Of a stretch of 64,000 bases of DNA, positions 27,842-40,395 are shown in pieces (the stretch's first letter is position 1; every line of letters begins with the position of its first letter). The position numbers and the translations under genes are program-made. The stretch lies in NCBI RefSeq assembly GCF_006345805.1, contig NC_042998.1, positions 204,104,001-204,168,000 on the forward strand, given 5' to 3'. This DNA comes from Octopus sinensis (Eukaryota). The notes beneath the pieces are model-generated. The model saw nothing but the letters and a program-made list of their open reading frames with translations, searched no databases and was not told the origin of the DNA.

Positions 27842-28043
27842 TATGTATGCATGTATGTATGTTTTGCTTTATGTATGCATTCTCATGCGTATCGTTGCAT
27901 ATCTAGACATGCTCATATATATTTAAATGATAAACTTTAGGAAAGTGTTACAGATTTTTACAGTTCCACTGATGGATTGAACCTGTAGTTTCCGAATCAG
28001 TTTTCTCCTTTCTGGTTTTGAGAAGCCTAATTTCTCAAGATTG
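27842..28043 (-). mobile_element. Short R4/Dong-like 3' end bounded by CATA-type repeats on both sides
   Basis: NLEKLGFSKPERRKLIRKLQVQSISGTVKICNTFLKFII*, with the same 3' UTR as the 15243 copy. 5' flank on the minus strand is CATACGTACAT. Confidence 0.9.
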
Positions 28044-28259
28044 ATGTACGTATGTGCGTATCTATCGACCAGGCTCTCGGCTGTTGCTACAATGCGCTTG
28101 GCTTTGTTTAGCTCTCGAACGACGCCCACCTCCCTTCTGATCGTCACAGGGTTATCCATTTACAGCTGAATGGACTGGAATGTGCTCAAGAACACAAAGC
28201 GCCACCCGGTCCCTGATTCAATTTCTCGATCTAATAATCGTGAGTGCAATACAGTAACC

Positions 28260-28492
28260 TATTTCTTTACTACCCACAAGAGGCTAAACATAGAGAGGAC
28301 AAACAAGGACAGACAAGCGGATTAAGTCGATTACATCGACCCAGTGCGTAACTGGTACTTAATTTATCGACCCCGAAAAGATGAAAGGCAAAGTCGACCT
28401 CGACGGAATTTGAACTCAGAACGTAACAGCAGACGAAATACCGGTAAGCATTTCGCCCGGCGTGCTAACCACTCTGCCAGCTCGCCGCCTTT
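28260..28492 (-). mobile_element. SINE family B with 16-bp TSD, nested in an older SINE
   Basis: GTGCAATACAGTAACC at 28244-28259 and 28493-28508. Confidence 0.9.
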
Positions 28493-29415
28493 GTGCAATA
28501 CAGTAACCACTTATCCGCTCGCCTTCACACGTTCTTTTATTCTTGTACTTGTTTCAGTCATTTGACTGTGGCCATGCTGAAGCACCACATTTATTCAAAG
28601 AAACCGACCCCATGACTTAGTCTTTGTAAGCCTGGAACTTATTGTATCGGTCACTTTTACCCAACCGCTAAGATACGGGGACGTAAACACACCAGCATCG
28701 GTTGTCGAGCGATGGTGGGGGGACACACCAGAAATACAATACATACATACAGTTTCCGTCTACCAAATCCACTCACAAGGCTTTGGTCGACCCGGGACTA
28801 CAGTAGAAGAGACTTACCCAAGGTGCCACGCAGTGGGACTGAGCCCGGAACCATATGGTTGAGAAGCAAGCTTCTTACCACACAGCCACACTGCGGCTAT
28901 ATATACATATATATACTATTATGTAAGATATCTTTATATATGGAGGCGGGGCTCTTTAATAGCAGTTTGCCTCGAAGTGAATTCAGGTATAAATAATACC
29001 GTATAATACATGAGTAAAAAAAAGACATTGAGTGGTAAAATGGTGGAAAACTGCACATACGCTGAGCCAGACGAGCGTGCAACTAATTATACTTATTAAA
29101 GCATTCTAAATGTAAACCTACTTTCTTGCCGTTAAGGATAAAACGTTTAATTTGATGGATGAAAGCTGGAGGGGTCGCTTTGGTGTAATCGTTTGTTTGC
29201 CTCTCCTTGTATTACAGATGTCTGATTCGGGTCCTGTGCCCAGCTCTCCGTCTGTTTTTTTTCTTTCTATCCAACGGACTTTTATCCTAAGCTGTTATTT
29301 ATAAATGTATTTACTTAGAGACATGCCATTAATAAACAATTCTTTACAGAGTTCTCCTTGTTTCTACACTTGCATTGTGCGCGTGCGCGTTTGTTTGTGT
29401 ACATATGTAGGTATA

Positions 29416-29455
<40 letters not shown>

Positions 29456-29459
29456 CATG

Positions 29460-29491
<32 letters not shown>

Positions 29492-29513
29492 TATATATAT
29501 ATATATACACATG

Positions 29514-29552
<39 letters not shown>

Positions 29553-30668
29553 ATGTATCATACATACTTGAATACATACATCCTTACATACATACAAATA
29601 TATATATACATACATATGCATGTTGAAGCCACTCGACAAAATACATGTCACTGTCAAGGATGTAAAGTTGTTTGTTGTTGTTGCTGCTGCTGCTGCTGTT
29701 GTTGTTTGACACGCTAGTTTCGACACCAAGTCGCTGAAGTTTCTCCATCTCGTGTATTTTGCGTTTAATTTGAATTTATTCCACGAAACAAAAACCGCCA
29801 TTTACTGTTTTAACAATTTCAATTTCTAAATTCTGGGAACGTTTTATGTATTTGGACAGAATTGTGAAAAATTCGAATAGTTTCGAAGAATTTAGCTCAA
29901 CGTTTTCTATTTTCGTTCTTCGAGAAGTGAAGTTTGTCAAGGTTAGCACATAAAGAATTGATTCTACAAGCGAATGCGTCAGTAAAGTTGGAATGAAATA
30001 CGAGTAGAGTAACTGGAAATCTGAAAGAAAATGATTTCTTTCTTGTCTTAGGAGAACAGGAACAACAAATTGAATGGTCGATGGTTCGAATTCTTTTGCC
30101 AGTAAGGAATAATAGTTTGTAATAACCAAGCTACCAACATTCGTTAACCCTAAGTTCACCCCCCCCCCTATAAGTAGATACCATCAGCTCATATAATTCA
30201 CCGTTGCTGTAAGCATTGACAGCTCTGTAGATATTAATGTCTAACAGTGTCACAAGTTACGAATTATTTCGTGGAGTATAGTCTTGAACCTCTGGCATTG
30301 GTGGCACCATCTATCATTAGAAAGAAAATCTATAAGGTGCCAAGAAGGATTATGTAAAAACAATCTCCCTGAAATATAAGAGAAACGCCACGGAAAATTG
30401 ATAAAAGATTTAGTGGAGATGTTAACACCTCTACTGAAAAGAACCTCTCCATCCATATTTTACCAACATGCTCAAAATATAGACTCAGTGTAGATATGAT
30501 TGCACATACACTTTTTTATATCAGAGAAAGAGTTACAGCAAGTAACTGAATCAGTTTACATACAAAGATCTGATGCCTGTCTGAACCGCGTAAAACAATG
30601 CGTGGCACATATAAGAAGTGCACATATCATCTCACAGATATCTATTTGTGTATGCATATATGTATACA

Positions 30669-30903
30669 CAAAGGCGGCGAGCTGGCAGAAACGTTAGCAC
30701 GCCGGGCGAAATGCGTAGCCGTATTTCGTCTGCTGTTACGTCCTGAGTTCAAATTCCGCCGAGGTCGACTTTGCCTTTCATCCTTTCGGGGTCGATTAAA
30801 TAAGTACCAGTTACCCACTGGGGTCGATGTAATCGACTTAATCCGTTTGTCTGTCCTTGTTTGTCCCCTCTGTGTTTAGCCCCTTGTGGGAAGTAAAGAA
30901 ATA
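30669..30903 (+). mobile_element. SINE family B with 13-bp TSD
   Basis: ATATATGTATACA at 30656-30668 and 30904-30916. Confidence 0.9.
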
Positions 30904-31035
30904 ATATATGTATACATGTATATATTATATATACATATATATGTGTTTGTTTGTGTGTATAAAACGTAATGTCTTACAGTATCTCCTTTACAATAACTTC
31001 TGCCAAGGCACGTCACCTGTTCAAGTGTGTGTGTG

Positions 31036-31068
<33 letters not shown>

Positions 31069-31084
31069 CAAGCATGTGTGTGAG

Positions 31085-31250
31085 GGTGTTATTGATTCTG
31101 GACATATGAACTCGGAGCTGAGAAAACTAATAAGGAGAGTACAGGAGGCGGTCGAAAAAGCCAGCTTCTATATGTGGCTGAAGCGGGAAGACCAAAAATG
31201 GCTTGAAAGTCGTAACATGCCGGCAGGAAATAACATCACTAGGTGAGACA
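31085..31250 (+). mobile_element. HERO-like RLE retrotransposon extreme 3' end
   Basis: LRKLIRRVQEAVEKASFYMWLKREDQKW resembles the recalled HERO C-terminal motif (EAAExASxWLWLxR). Confidence 0.6.
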
Positions 31251-31254
31251 AGCT

Positions 31255-31680
31255 GACACTGAATTAGCTTCGCTGACTGACAGATGATGGTATCGTTTAG
31301 AGAATGCGTGTGCTGAGACTACGCGCCTTCATTGGTCAGTAAAAGTTGAGATAGTGTCACATGAGAACTTGCTGGGGCTGCCTGCTGGAGCCTAGCAGCA
31401 GGTATTTAAAGGGAAAAAAATTGACAAGACAGTCAGTCACCCGCTGACACTCGTTGACACTACATCGAAGAGGCCAGGGAACAGAAGAAAGAAGACATGC
31501 ACCCAACACCAGAGCTGAAGACAGCTCCGAAAGGCGGGGCCCCACCACGTCAAAACGGCTGAGGAGTAGGGGTCGAAACCGGACGTGGTTCCTCCTGATG
31601 ATGTCTTGAGCTAACTGGATCCTATAAAGGAGCTGTTGAGGTAGCAGACCACGAAACACGGTTGAAATTCCTCAGATTAA
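31255..31680 (+). mobile_element. GC-richer LTR-like or Penelope pseudo-LTR-like segment with three hammerhead-core-like motifs
   Basis: TATA-like GTATTTAAAGGG, then CTGAAGA..CGAAA, CTGAGGAG..CGAAACCGG and CTGATGA..CGAAAC. The stems are poorly preserved. Confidence 0.4.
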
Positions 31681-32364
31681 AAATTTTAAAAAGATATCGT
31701 GATTAAATGTAAAATATCTTGAGACTAACAGAAGAATAAAACAAGAGAACTGACCGAGGCAACGCACGTCGAGTGACAAAGGCAATGGTTTTAAACAAAG
31801 GCCTGAGAATTCCGTGCTTGGAAAGACGAGCCAGCAATTTTGAGCATTTGCAGAGGAATTGTGTCAGTAAATAGGCCAGAGAAGTGCGAACAACTTTTTG
31901 ACACCAAACCAAACAAATGAAATTGAATATAAGAGTTTTTGTGTCGTCTTCTTAAATTACTGGGTTTTTATTTTCGTTTTATTTCACCAAATGGATGCTT
32001 CAACTTCAATGCAAGGCCTCACAACAAATCACTTGGCAAAGTACAACTGCGCTGCGATGTATGTATATATATATATATATATATGACATGCGTGTATGCA
32101 TATGTGTGTGTGTGTAAGTGTGTATTTATGTATATATAGTCTTTTATTCTCGTATCCTTTTACTTGTTTCAGTCATTTGTCTGTGGCCATCGACCCCGGG
32201 ACTTATTCTTTGTAATCCTGGTACTTATTCTATCGGTCTCTTTGTTATTTATGTTTTGGTTTATTTTATCACTGTTTGAGTTGCATAATAGTGGTTTTAT
32301 CTCTAATTTAATTTAATATATATATATATATATATACTTTATTTAAAGCAGCAGAAAATTCAAC

Positions 32365-32411
32365 AAAACCTGTTACTCTGAGTTTCCCGTTGCCGTTCGT
32401 CGGACAGTTTT
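32365..32411 (-). ncRNA. Minimal type I hammerhead ribozyme motif (core C3-C4 instead of C3-U4), probably from a Penelope-like terminal repeat
   Basis: Minus strand: AAAAACUGU-CCGACGA-A CG GCAA CG G-GAAA-CUC A GAG-UA|ACAGGUUUU. Stem I pairs 8 of 9, stem II has a GNRA loop, stem III is palindromic, and the cleavage triplet is GUA. Confidence 0.65.
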
Positions 32412-32826
32412 TGCTAGAATGGAAACCGATATGTCAATTCTATCCAGACTATTACAAACGCTACACCTTAAAAATATGGACTTGTTGATTGGCCCTTTAT
32501 GTGTTTACTCCGCTATTATTATATAGATATATATATATATATATTATTTAAATTCAGTGATAAAAAAATTATACAGATGGAGGTCATGCTGCCATGTCTT
32601 ATGATAATAAAATTAACCTCTCTGTCTATATATCTACCCTCTTTGTAATGTTGCCAAATGAAATAAGATAAGAATGTGCATTGTCCGTTTAATTAAAAAA
32701 TTCTATATTGTGCTGAAGATTGCTCGACATTTTAAAACTGATGTAATATTTATAGTATTTAATAAAATGAAGTAGCATGAAACGATTATACTACACTACC
32801 TTGGATATCCTTGTTGCTTATTTTGA

Positions 32827-32866
<40 letters not shown>

Positions 32867-33950
32867 GGCGTGCTTCTTTCAGTTTCCGTCTACCAAATCC
32901 TCTCAAAAGTCTTTGGTCGACCCATGGCTATAGTAGAAGGCACTTACTCAACCTGCCACACAGTGGGATTGAACGCGGAATCATGTGGTTGGGAAGCAAA
33001 ATCCCAATCTTAAATATGTTGAGAAATATTTGAACCTGTAAAAGGCTTTGGTCATGAAGAAAGAATTATCCTAAAAGACTAATGAATGTCAAAACACTAG
33101 TTCTTTCCTTCCATGGCAAGCTGCAGTGAAAACCATTTTACGTGTTCAAATGCCTTCCAACTCAATGGTCCATGAATGTGTGTGTGTACGTGTGTGTATG
33201 TATGTGTATGTGTGTATGTGTATATTTGTGTGTGTGCGCGCGCGCGTGTACAGTCCACTCGGCTGCAAATGGGTAGCCCTGTAACGGGAGTGTCGGCCTG
33301 GTCCACCTAGTCAGCAGCGTGGCTTCATCCGAAAACTACACCAATGCGAGAAAGCGCATCGTTGTTACTAGCGTTTATAATAGCAACCGATAGTTTGGTC
33401 CACACACACACAGACACACACACACATATATTCTTTTATTCTTTTACTTGTTTCAGTCATTTGACTTCGGCCATGCTGGAGCACCACCTTAAAGGGCATT
33501 TTAGTCGAAGAAATCGACCCCAGGACTTATACTTTGTAAGCCTAGTACTTAGTCTATCGGACTCTTTTGCCGAACTGCTAGAACACAGAGACGTAAACAC
33601 ACCAACATCGGTTGACAGGTGATTTGGGGGGGACAAACACAAGTACACGCACACATGTATATACATATACGATGGGCTTCTTTCAGTTTCCGCCTACCAA
33701 ATCCACTCACAACGCTTTGTTCGGGCCGAGAAAGTACGTGCCCAAGGTACCACGCAGTGGGAATGAACCCTGAACCATGTCAGGAAGCAAGCTTGTTACC
33801 ACACAGCCACGTTGTCATAGGAACGGATTAAATGCAATAAAGCCAGAAACAATTAAAGCTACCGGCACATCTTGTGTCTCCCTATCAAAACGAAATTCCA
33901 TCGTTCACCCTAAGGAATAAACATTTGAGGTATCTCCTCAATATATATGT

Positions 33951-33984
<34 letters not shown>

Positions 33985-34225
33985 GAGTGTGTGAGTGTGT
34001 GAAAGTGTGTGTGGGTGTGTGTATCTCCCCCCTCTCTCTCTCTCTGTCTTTTATGTGCGTGATTTTATGTTCACAAATAACTGAAGAGAGGAGAGATGTG
34101 TTTGTGTTATGAAGAGGATGAGAAAATATTTCACAAGGCTTTCACTTCACACCGACGTGGTTCCGGTTTCGATCCACACAGAGCGACACCTACGAATGAC
34201 ATGTGTAACCAGGACGGAAAGAGAG

Positions 34226-34272
<47 letters not shown>

Positions 34273-34519
34273 GAGAGAGATCTGAACGACCGAAACAATG
34301 TTCGCTGTTCCAAGCAGTAACAATGTCTGTCTTACGTGTATCGTAATGAGATGTTTCTCGAAAATTACGCAGTTAATGAGGAGGCGGGCATTCATGCAAA
34401 TAAGTATGTCACGTGCGTCTGTGTTGAAGTCCAGGTGGCCCCCACAACTGAAGCCAAGGGTTTTCCCATGCCTTTAGAGGTGAATCTGGTCGATGGGAAC
34501 TGTGCGGGAGCTCACTGGA

Positions 34520-35188
34520 CATGTGCACATACATAACTTCACGCACACATACATACATACATACATACATACATACATACATACATACATACATACATAC
34601 ACACATACATACACACATACATACACACATACATACATACATACATACATACATACATACATACACACATACATACATACATACATACATACATACATAC
34701 ATACATACATAGATACACACATACATACACACATACATACATACATACACACATACATACATACATACATACATACATACATACAAACATACATACATGC
34801 ATACATACATACACACATACATACATACATATATACATACATACACACATGCATACATACATACATACATACATGCATACACACATACACACATACATGC
34901 ATACATACATACACACATACATACATACATACATACACACATACATACATACATACATACATACACACATACATACATACATACATACATACATACATAC
35001 ATTCATACATACATACATACATGCATACATACATACATACATACATACATACATACATACATGCATACATGCATACATACATACATACATACAGACAGAC
35101 AGACAGACAGACAGACAGACGGACGGACGGATGGATGGATAGATAGATAGATAGATGGATGGATGGATGGATGGATGGATGGACGGAC

Positions 35189-35230
<42 letters not shown>
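34520..35230. repeat. (CATA)n ~570 bp grading into (CAGA)n, (GGAT)n and (GATA)n
   Basis: Direct reading. Follows a diverged SINE-A-like 5' half (34450-34520) homologous to 7720-7790. Confidence 0.92.
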
Positions 35231-35247
<17 letters not shown>

Positions 35248-35661
35248 GAGAAGCGATTCTTACTATTCCAGCAATTCAGGCGTGACTGTGTGGTAAGAAG
35301 TTTACCTCCCAACCACATGGACCAGGGTTCAGTCCCACTGCCTGATACCTTGGGCAAGTGTCTTTTACTATAACCTCAGTCAAATCAAAACCTTTGGAGC
35401 GAATTTGGTAGATGGAAACGAAAAGAAACTATAAATATTTTACTGGAACACAAACGTGTTCTGCAAAACTGTTTGCGTTCGTAGATTCATGACCACAACT
35501 GATGGCTTTGTTGTTACAAGTCTAAAAAGGCCAAATTCGAATTTCGCTTATTTCTCGCTGACAATATTTCTGGTTGTGTTCGTATGAAAGCAACCACTTT
35601 CCAGAAACTGAGTTGTGTTCCAGTTAAATATATACTGTATTTTATTATACATGTAAGTGTG

Positions 35662-36539
35662 TGTGGAGGTACAATGGCCAAGTGGTTAGGGCAGCGGACT
35701 TGCGGTTGTAGGATAACGGTTTTGATTCCCAGATCGGGGGTTGTGAGTGTTTATTGAGCGAAAACACCTAAATCTTCACAAAGCTCCGTCAGGTGAGGTG
35801 GTGGCGAACCCTGCTGTATTCTTTCACCACAACTTTCTCTCACACTTTCTTCCTGCTTCTGTTGTACCTGTATTTCAAAGGGCCAGCCTTGTCACACTCT
35901 GTGTCACGCTGAATTCTCCCCGATAACTACGTTAAGGGTACACATGTCTGTGGTGTGCTCAGCCACTTGCACGTTAATTTCATGAGCAGGCTGTTCCGTT
36001 GGGAACCCTCATGACATGACATGCATAAGATCTGGTCATCGAATCTAAGTAGAGACTTCAAACTTGAAATCTTCAAAGCCACAGTGGAACCAATTCTACT
36101 CTATGGCTCAGAAACCTGGACGTTATCAAAGAAGCTTGAGAGGCGGTTGGATGGAACCTACACTCGCCTCCTTATGAGAGCTCAAAATCTCTCGTGGAAG
36201 CGCCATCCAACCAAAATGCAAATATATGGGAAACTACCACCTGTGTCATCTCTTGTGAAAGGTAAGAGAGTCCAGTTTGCTGGACATTGTTGTAGAGCTG
36301 AAAAAGAGGTAATTTCTACTCTTCTCCTCTGGAAGCCATCTACTCGCAATACTAGAGGGCGCACACTCTCCTACCCTGATGTAATCTCCAGGGATACAGA
36401 CATCCAGCAACAGGACCTCCGTAATGCCATGATGGACCGTGAAGTCTGGCGTAGCATGGTAAATTCCATTGTCTCGACCACGGTCGAACAATGATGATGA
36501 TGATGGGAACCCTCGTCGTCGTAACCGACGGAGTGCCAC
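35662..36539 (+). mobile_element. SINE family C (tail 1), interrupted by an RTE and flanked by a 138-bp direct duplication
   Basis: Head GTGGAGG..AATGGCCAAGTGGTTAGGG; the tail resumes GTCGTCGTAACCGACGGAGTG at 36515. The duplication lies at 35527-35664 and 36540-36677. Confidence 0.88.
36011..36503 (+). mobile_element. 5'-truncated RTE-type LINE with intact C-terminal frame, (TGA)n tail and 11-bp TSD
   Basis: KLEIFKATVEPILLYGSETWT...QFAGHCCR...MMDREVWR. TSD TGGGAACCCTC at 36000-36010 and 36504-36514. A ~40-bp copy of the same tail lies at ~46074-46113(-). Confidence 0.92.
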
Positions 36540-38292
36540 AAGGCCAAATTCGAATTTCGCTTATTTCTCGCTGACAATATTTCAGGTTGTGTTCGTATGA
36601 AAGCAACCACTTTCCAGAAACTGAGTTGTGTTCCAGTTAAATATATTCTGTATTTTATTATACATGTAAGTGTGTGTGTGCGTGGGTGTATTTTTATTTA
36701 GTTTTTGTTCACTTAATTTATGTATGTTAACTGTTATCGCTCAAATTTATGGAGCATTTTTGTGGATTCCTGCTTTAAGATGCACTTCTTAAGAAATACT
36801 TATACACACCCACACAAATGTGTGTGAGTGTGTGCGTGTGTGTTGCCTAAGCATGTTGGAAATATGTAACCAACATTGACTAATGTACTAACCTGTGCCT
36901 TCGTGTTGAGTGATTATTTGTGTGCATACGTGCGGGAGTGTATCTGCTGGAATGTGTATATGGATGCATGTGTATATGTGTGTGTGTATGGACGCATGTG
37001 TATGTGTGTGTGTGTGCACGTACATACATGCGCATGTATAGATAGGTACATACATGAAACTGAATAGATGTTTACACCAAGCACGCGCACGCGTATTTAT
37101 TCAAAAGAAATAAACATAGAGTAAAAAATCTGCCTGCTACTCGTATGACGTTCTCCATTTCTGGCTTCTCCCATTCTGGCTTTTACGGCAAATCAACCAC
37201 ACGATTAATTGTTGTATATAAAATGAGTAATGCTTTCTGTTCGACAACCATCGTACATACATCCAGCCGGACGTAGTGACATTGAATAACGATCACGGTT
37301 CTGTAATCTGTCTTTTCCGTCCATTCCACAGATTCACGAAACTGCAGAGTATCGCCCACCCGTAAAAACAGAGGAATAAGGCAAAAGGCGGGCTGTACCG
37401 GGACGATTACGCTCAAATAACTTCAAATCAAATCTTGGTATGACTGAAGATATCTTTAAATTTAAATTCCCACGTTACTTAATTACTGTTGAAAATGAAA
37501 GTGGATCGAGTTAGAATTATTTTTTTTTTAAATCCTTCTTGACGAATCAAAACTCTGTAGCGTAAGAACAAGGAGTTGGTGGCGTTCACCATAATTTATA
37601 ATTCTAACCGATAATTGCAATCATAGCTTCCACTAAGTTACGCTGGTGTACGAATGCAAAACATTGCTGCCTATGACTTAGCCACCCCCACCCCCACTCT
37701 CAATGAATCTGGATGTGCATGTTAATATGTAGAAACCAGTTTGAGTCGGGATTATGTGGATTAAATGATGTGAAAGTAATGAACGACTGATTTCTTAAAC
37801 GGGTTTCTTCGCGATTAATACGTCGACCGGAGCCACTGCACGAATTATGAAGTATTCAACCAAGAGCTGAAATAAACCAATTCACAATGGGAGTAATTAT
37901 TGGTTGGAATAACATAAAAATATTCAGTGAGCAGCAACAAATTTATCAAACCGAAAAACATTGATGGAGAAGATAATGTTTGTTACTCCCACGACTTGTT
38001 CAAGATTCTGTCCAAAGATTCATGGCCACATAGAAAATAGTCTTAACTTTCAGAAACCATGAGCCGTTCGTTGAGTGCACAAACCACATTGTTTTAAGTG
38101 AAAACAGTGATATTTATTATGGCTTATTAATAGTAGAGATATCTACGGATATTTTAGTTAGAGGAAATAAATATTTTTATTTTATTTTTTACTAGTTACA
38201 CTCATTAGACTACGGTCATACTGGGGCACTGCCTTGAGAAATTTTTAGTTGAACGAAACATGTTAAGATTGTACACTTTACATCTGTATAAA

Positions 38293-38694
38293 GTGTGGTT
38301 GTTGTTTGTTGAGCGAAGCGGTCTTCGTCCCAGAACTCGCAAGATCGTGCCTCTGTAGTGGGAGGAGTCCGAAACGTAGTCCTTTGCTATTCGTAAGACC
38401 CGCAGAAGAGAAAGCAGGTCAACCCCCCGACACCGACAGCATCGACGGATGGATAAATGCGCATCCAGGCTCCGCGGTTGCGTAGGAAGTCGGGGACAAG
38501 AAACAGGAAGAAAGAGTGAGAGAAAGTTGGAGCGAAAGAGTACAACAGGGGTCGCCACCACCCCCTACCGGAGCATCGTGGAGCTTTAGGTGTTTTCGCT
38601 CAATAAACACACACAACGCCCGGTCTGAGAATCGAAACCGCGATCCTCCGACCGCGAGTCTGCTACCCTAACCACTGGGCCATTGCGCCTCCAC
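38293..38694 (-). mobile_element. SINE with family C head and a different 3' half (tail 2)
   Basis: The first ~190 nt match 769-960; it then diverges (GACTTCCTACGCAACCGCGGAGCC...GGGACGAAGACCGC). Confidence 0.8.
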
Positions 38695-39590
38695 TGTAGA
38701 TGTTGTATTTGTTACATTATCTTTGTGACGATATTATGTCGACGTTTATTGCAATTAAATCAATCTTCTATTATTTATAACCAATTCCATTTTCATGTCC
38801 TGCTGGTTTGTTTTGGAATCACAGATGTTTTGCTATATTGTTGACAATTAACTTACCAGTTCCGCAGAACACTGCTGTGTAGCTGCAAGCATTGGTTCTT
38901 CATGATAAGTGCGTCTGTAAAGATGAATATTCGAGCATTTCTTTGTAACGTATATAGTCAGCAAATTGTCGGTAAATAAAATCCCAATTTGAAGAAATAA
39001 TTCAAATTTCTTAATATAATTCCGTCGCAAATCTCTTATATAAAATCCGTTCTGTCTGTTTGTCTGTGTCTGTGTAGGGCTTCTAGGATCTTGGGCATCC
39101 TCCATCCGATTGCGCTCAAATTTGATATGTAGATACCGACGGTATCAGAGCGTGTATAAGTCTTGAAAAATATACAAAAATCGATTCCAGGTAAGAATGC
39201 GATCGATAAAGCCGTGGGAAATCGTTTTTCTTTGGAATAGAAAAAAGTCTATCTTTATTTCTTTTTTTACTGGTGTCTCAAATTTAGGTTAAATCAGTGT
39301 TTCTCAAAGGGGAGGCCTATGGGATGGTCAGACAAGTTGTTTTGAGAAAATTTGGTTTAAATGTTTGACAACTCAGCACCGTCCAATGGACGGGGTGGGG
39401 GCTTTGCTCGTATTTCATTATATGATGGGTGCCGGTGTGGCTGTGTGGGACGGAGTTTGCCTCCCAACCACAAGGTTCCGAATTCAGTCCCACTGCCTGG
39501 AACCTTGAGCAAGTGTTTTCTACTATAGCCACGAGCCCACCAAAGCTTTGTGAGTGGATTTGACAAACGAAAACTGAAAGAAGCTTGTTG

Positions 39591-39663
<73 letters not shown>

Positions 39664-39879
39664 TTGTGTCTGTCGCTTGATAACTGATGTTGGTATGTTT
39701 ACGTCCACGTACCTTACCGGTTCAGTAAAAAAGACTTATAGAATGAGTACTTGACTTAGAAAAAAATAAGTCTTGGGGTCGATTTCTTCGACTAAAACTC
39801 TTTAAGGCGGTGCCCCAGCATGGCCGCAGTCTAATGACTGAAACAAGTAGCAGAATAATGAAATAGCCAGCTTCATTTC

Positions 39880-40395
39880 AGTGTTTGGTGCACCAATCAA
39901 ATACTGTTTATGAACAAACAGGTTGAAACAGCTAGGACTCTACTTCCTGGAGAGAAGACGGGAGAGGTTTGCAGTAATATATGTCTGGAAGATCCTGGAA
40001 AGAATTGTGCCAAATTTTTGCATTGAAAGCTACACCAATGCCAGAACGGGACGACACTGGATAGTGTCAAAGGTCCCAGCAATGCCATCACGCTTCAGGA
40101 CCAGTTACTGCAACAGCCTGGGTTTCAAGGGCCCACAGCTTTTTAATATTCTCCCAAAGAGTCTGAGGAACTTGCACAAAGTAGATGTAGCGGTTTTTAA
40201 ATCAAAGCTGGACCTCTTCCTATCGAGAGTCCCAGATGAACCTACCTCACGGCAAGAGGTGCAAATGAGGGTAGCTATATCAAACTCCATGCTTCACCAA
40301 GTGCCACATATTAGAGGAGGCTCTTAGTAATAACAGTGTAGCAAAACGGCGGTGCATCAGCATGGCCACAGCTCTGAGCTGAAACTAGAGAAAAA
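39880..40395 (+). mobile_element. CR1/L2-like (Jockey group) LINE 3' fragment
   Basis: LGLYFLERRRER..IYVWKILE..VPN...NSLGFKGPQLFNILPKSLRN...FKSKLDLFLSRVPDEP. 3' end GGCGGTGCATCAGCATGGCCACAGCTCTGAGCTGAAACTAG. Confidence 0.88.

Noticed and set aside
37332-37437. Possible exon with AG and GT boundaries
   Set aside because: Stops in all three frames; a non-coding exon cannot be supported without transcripts.
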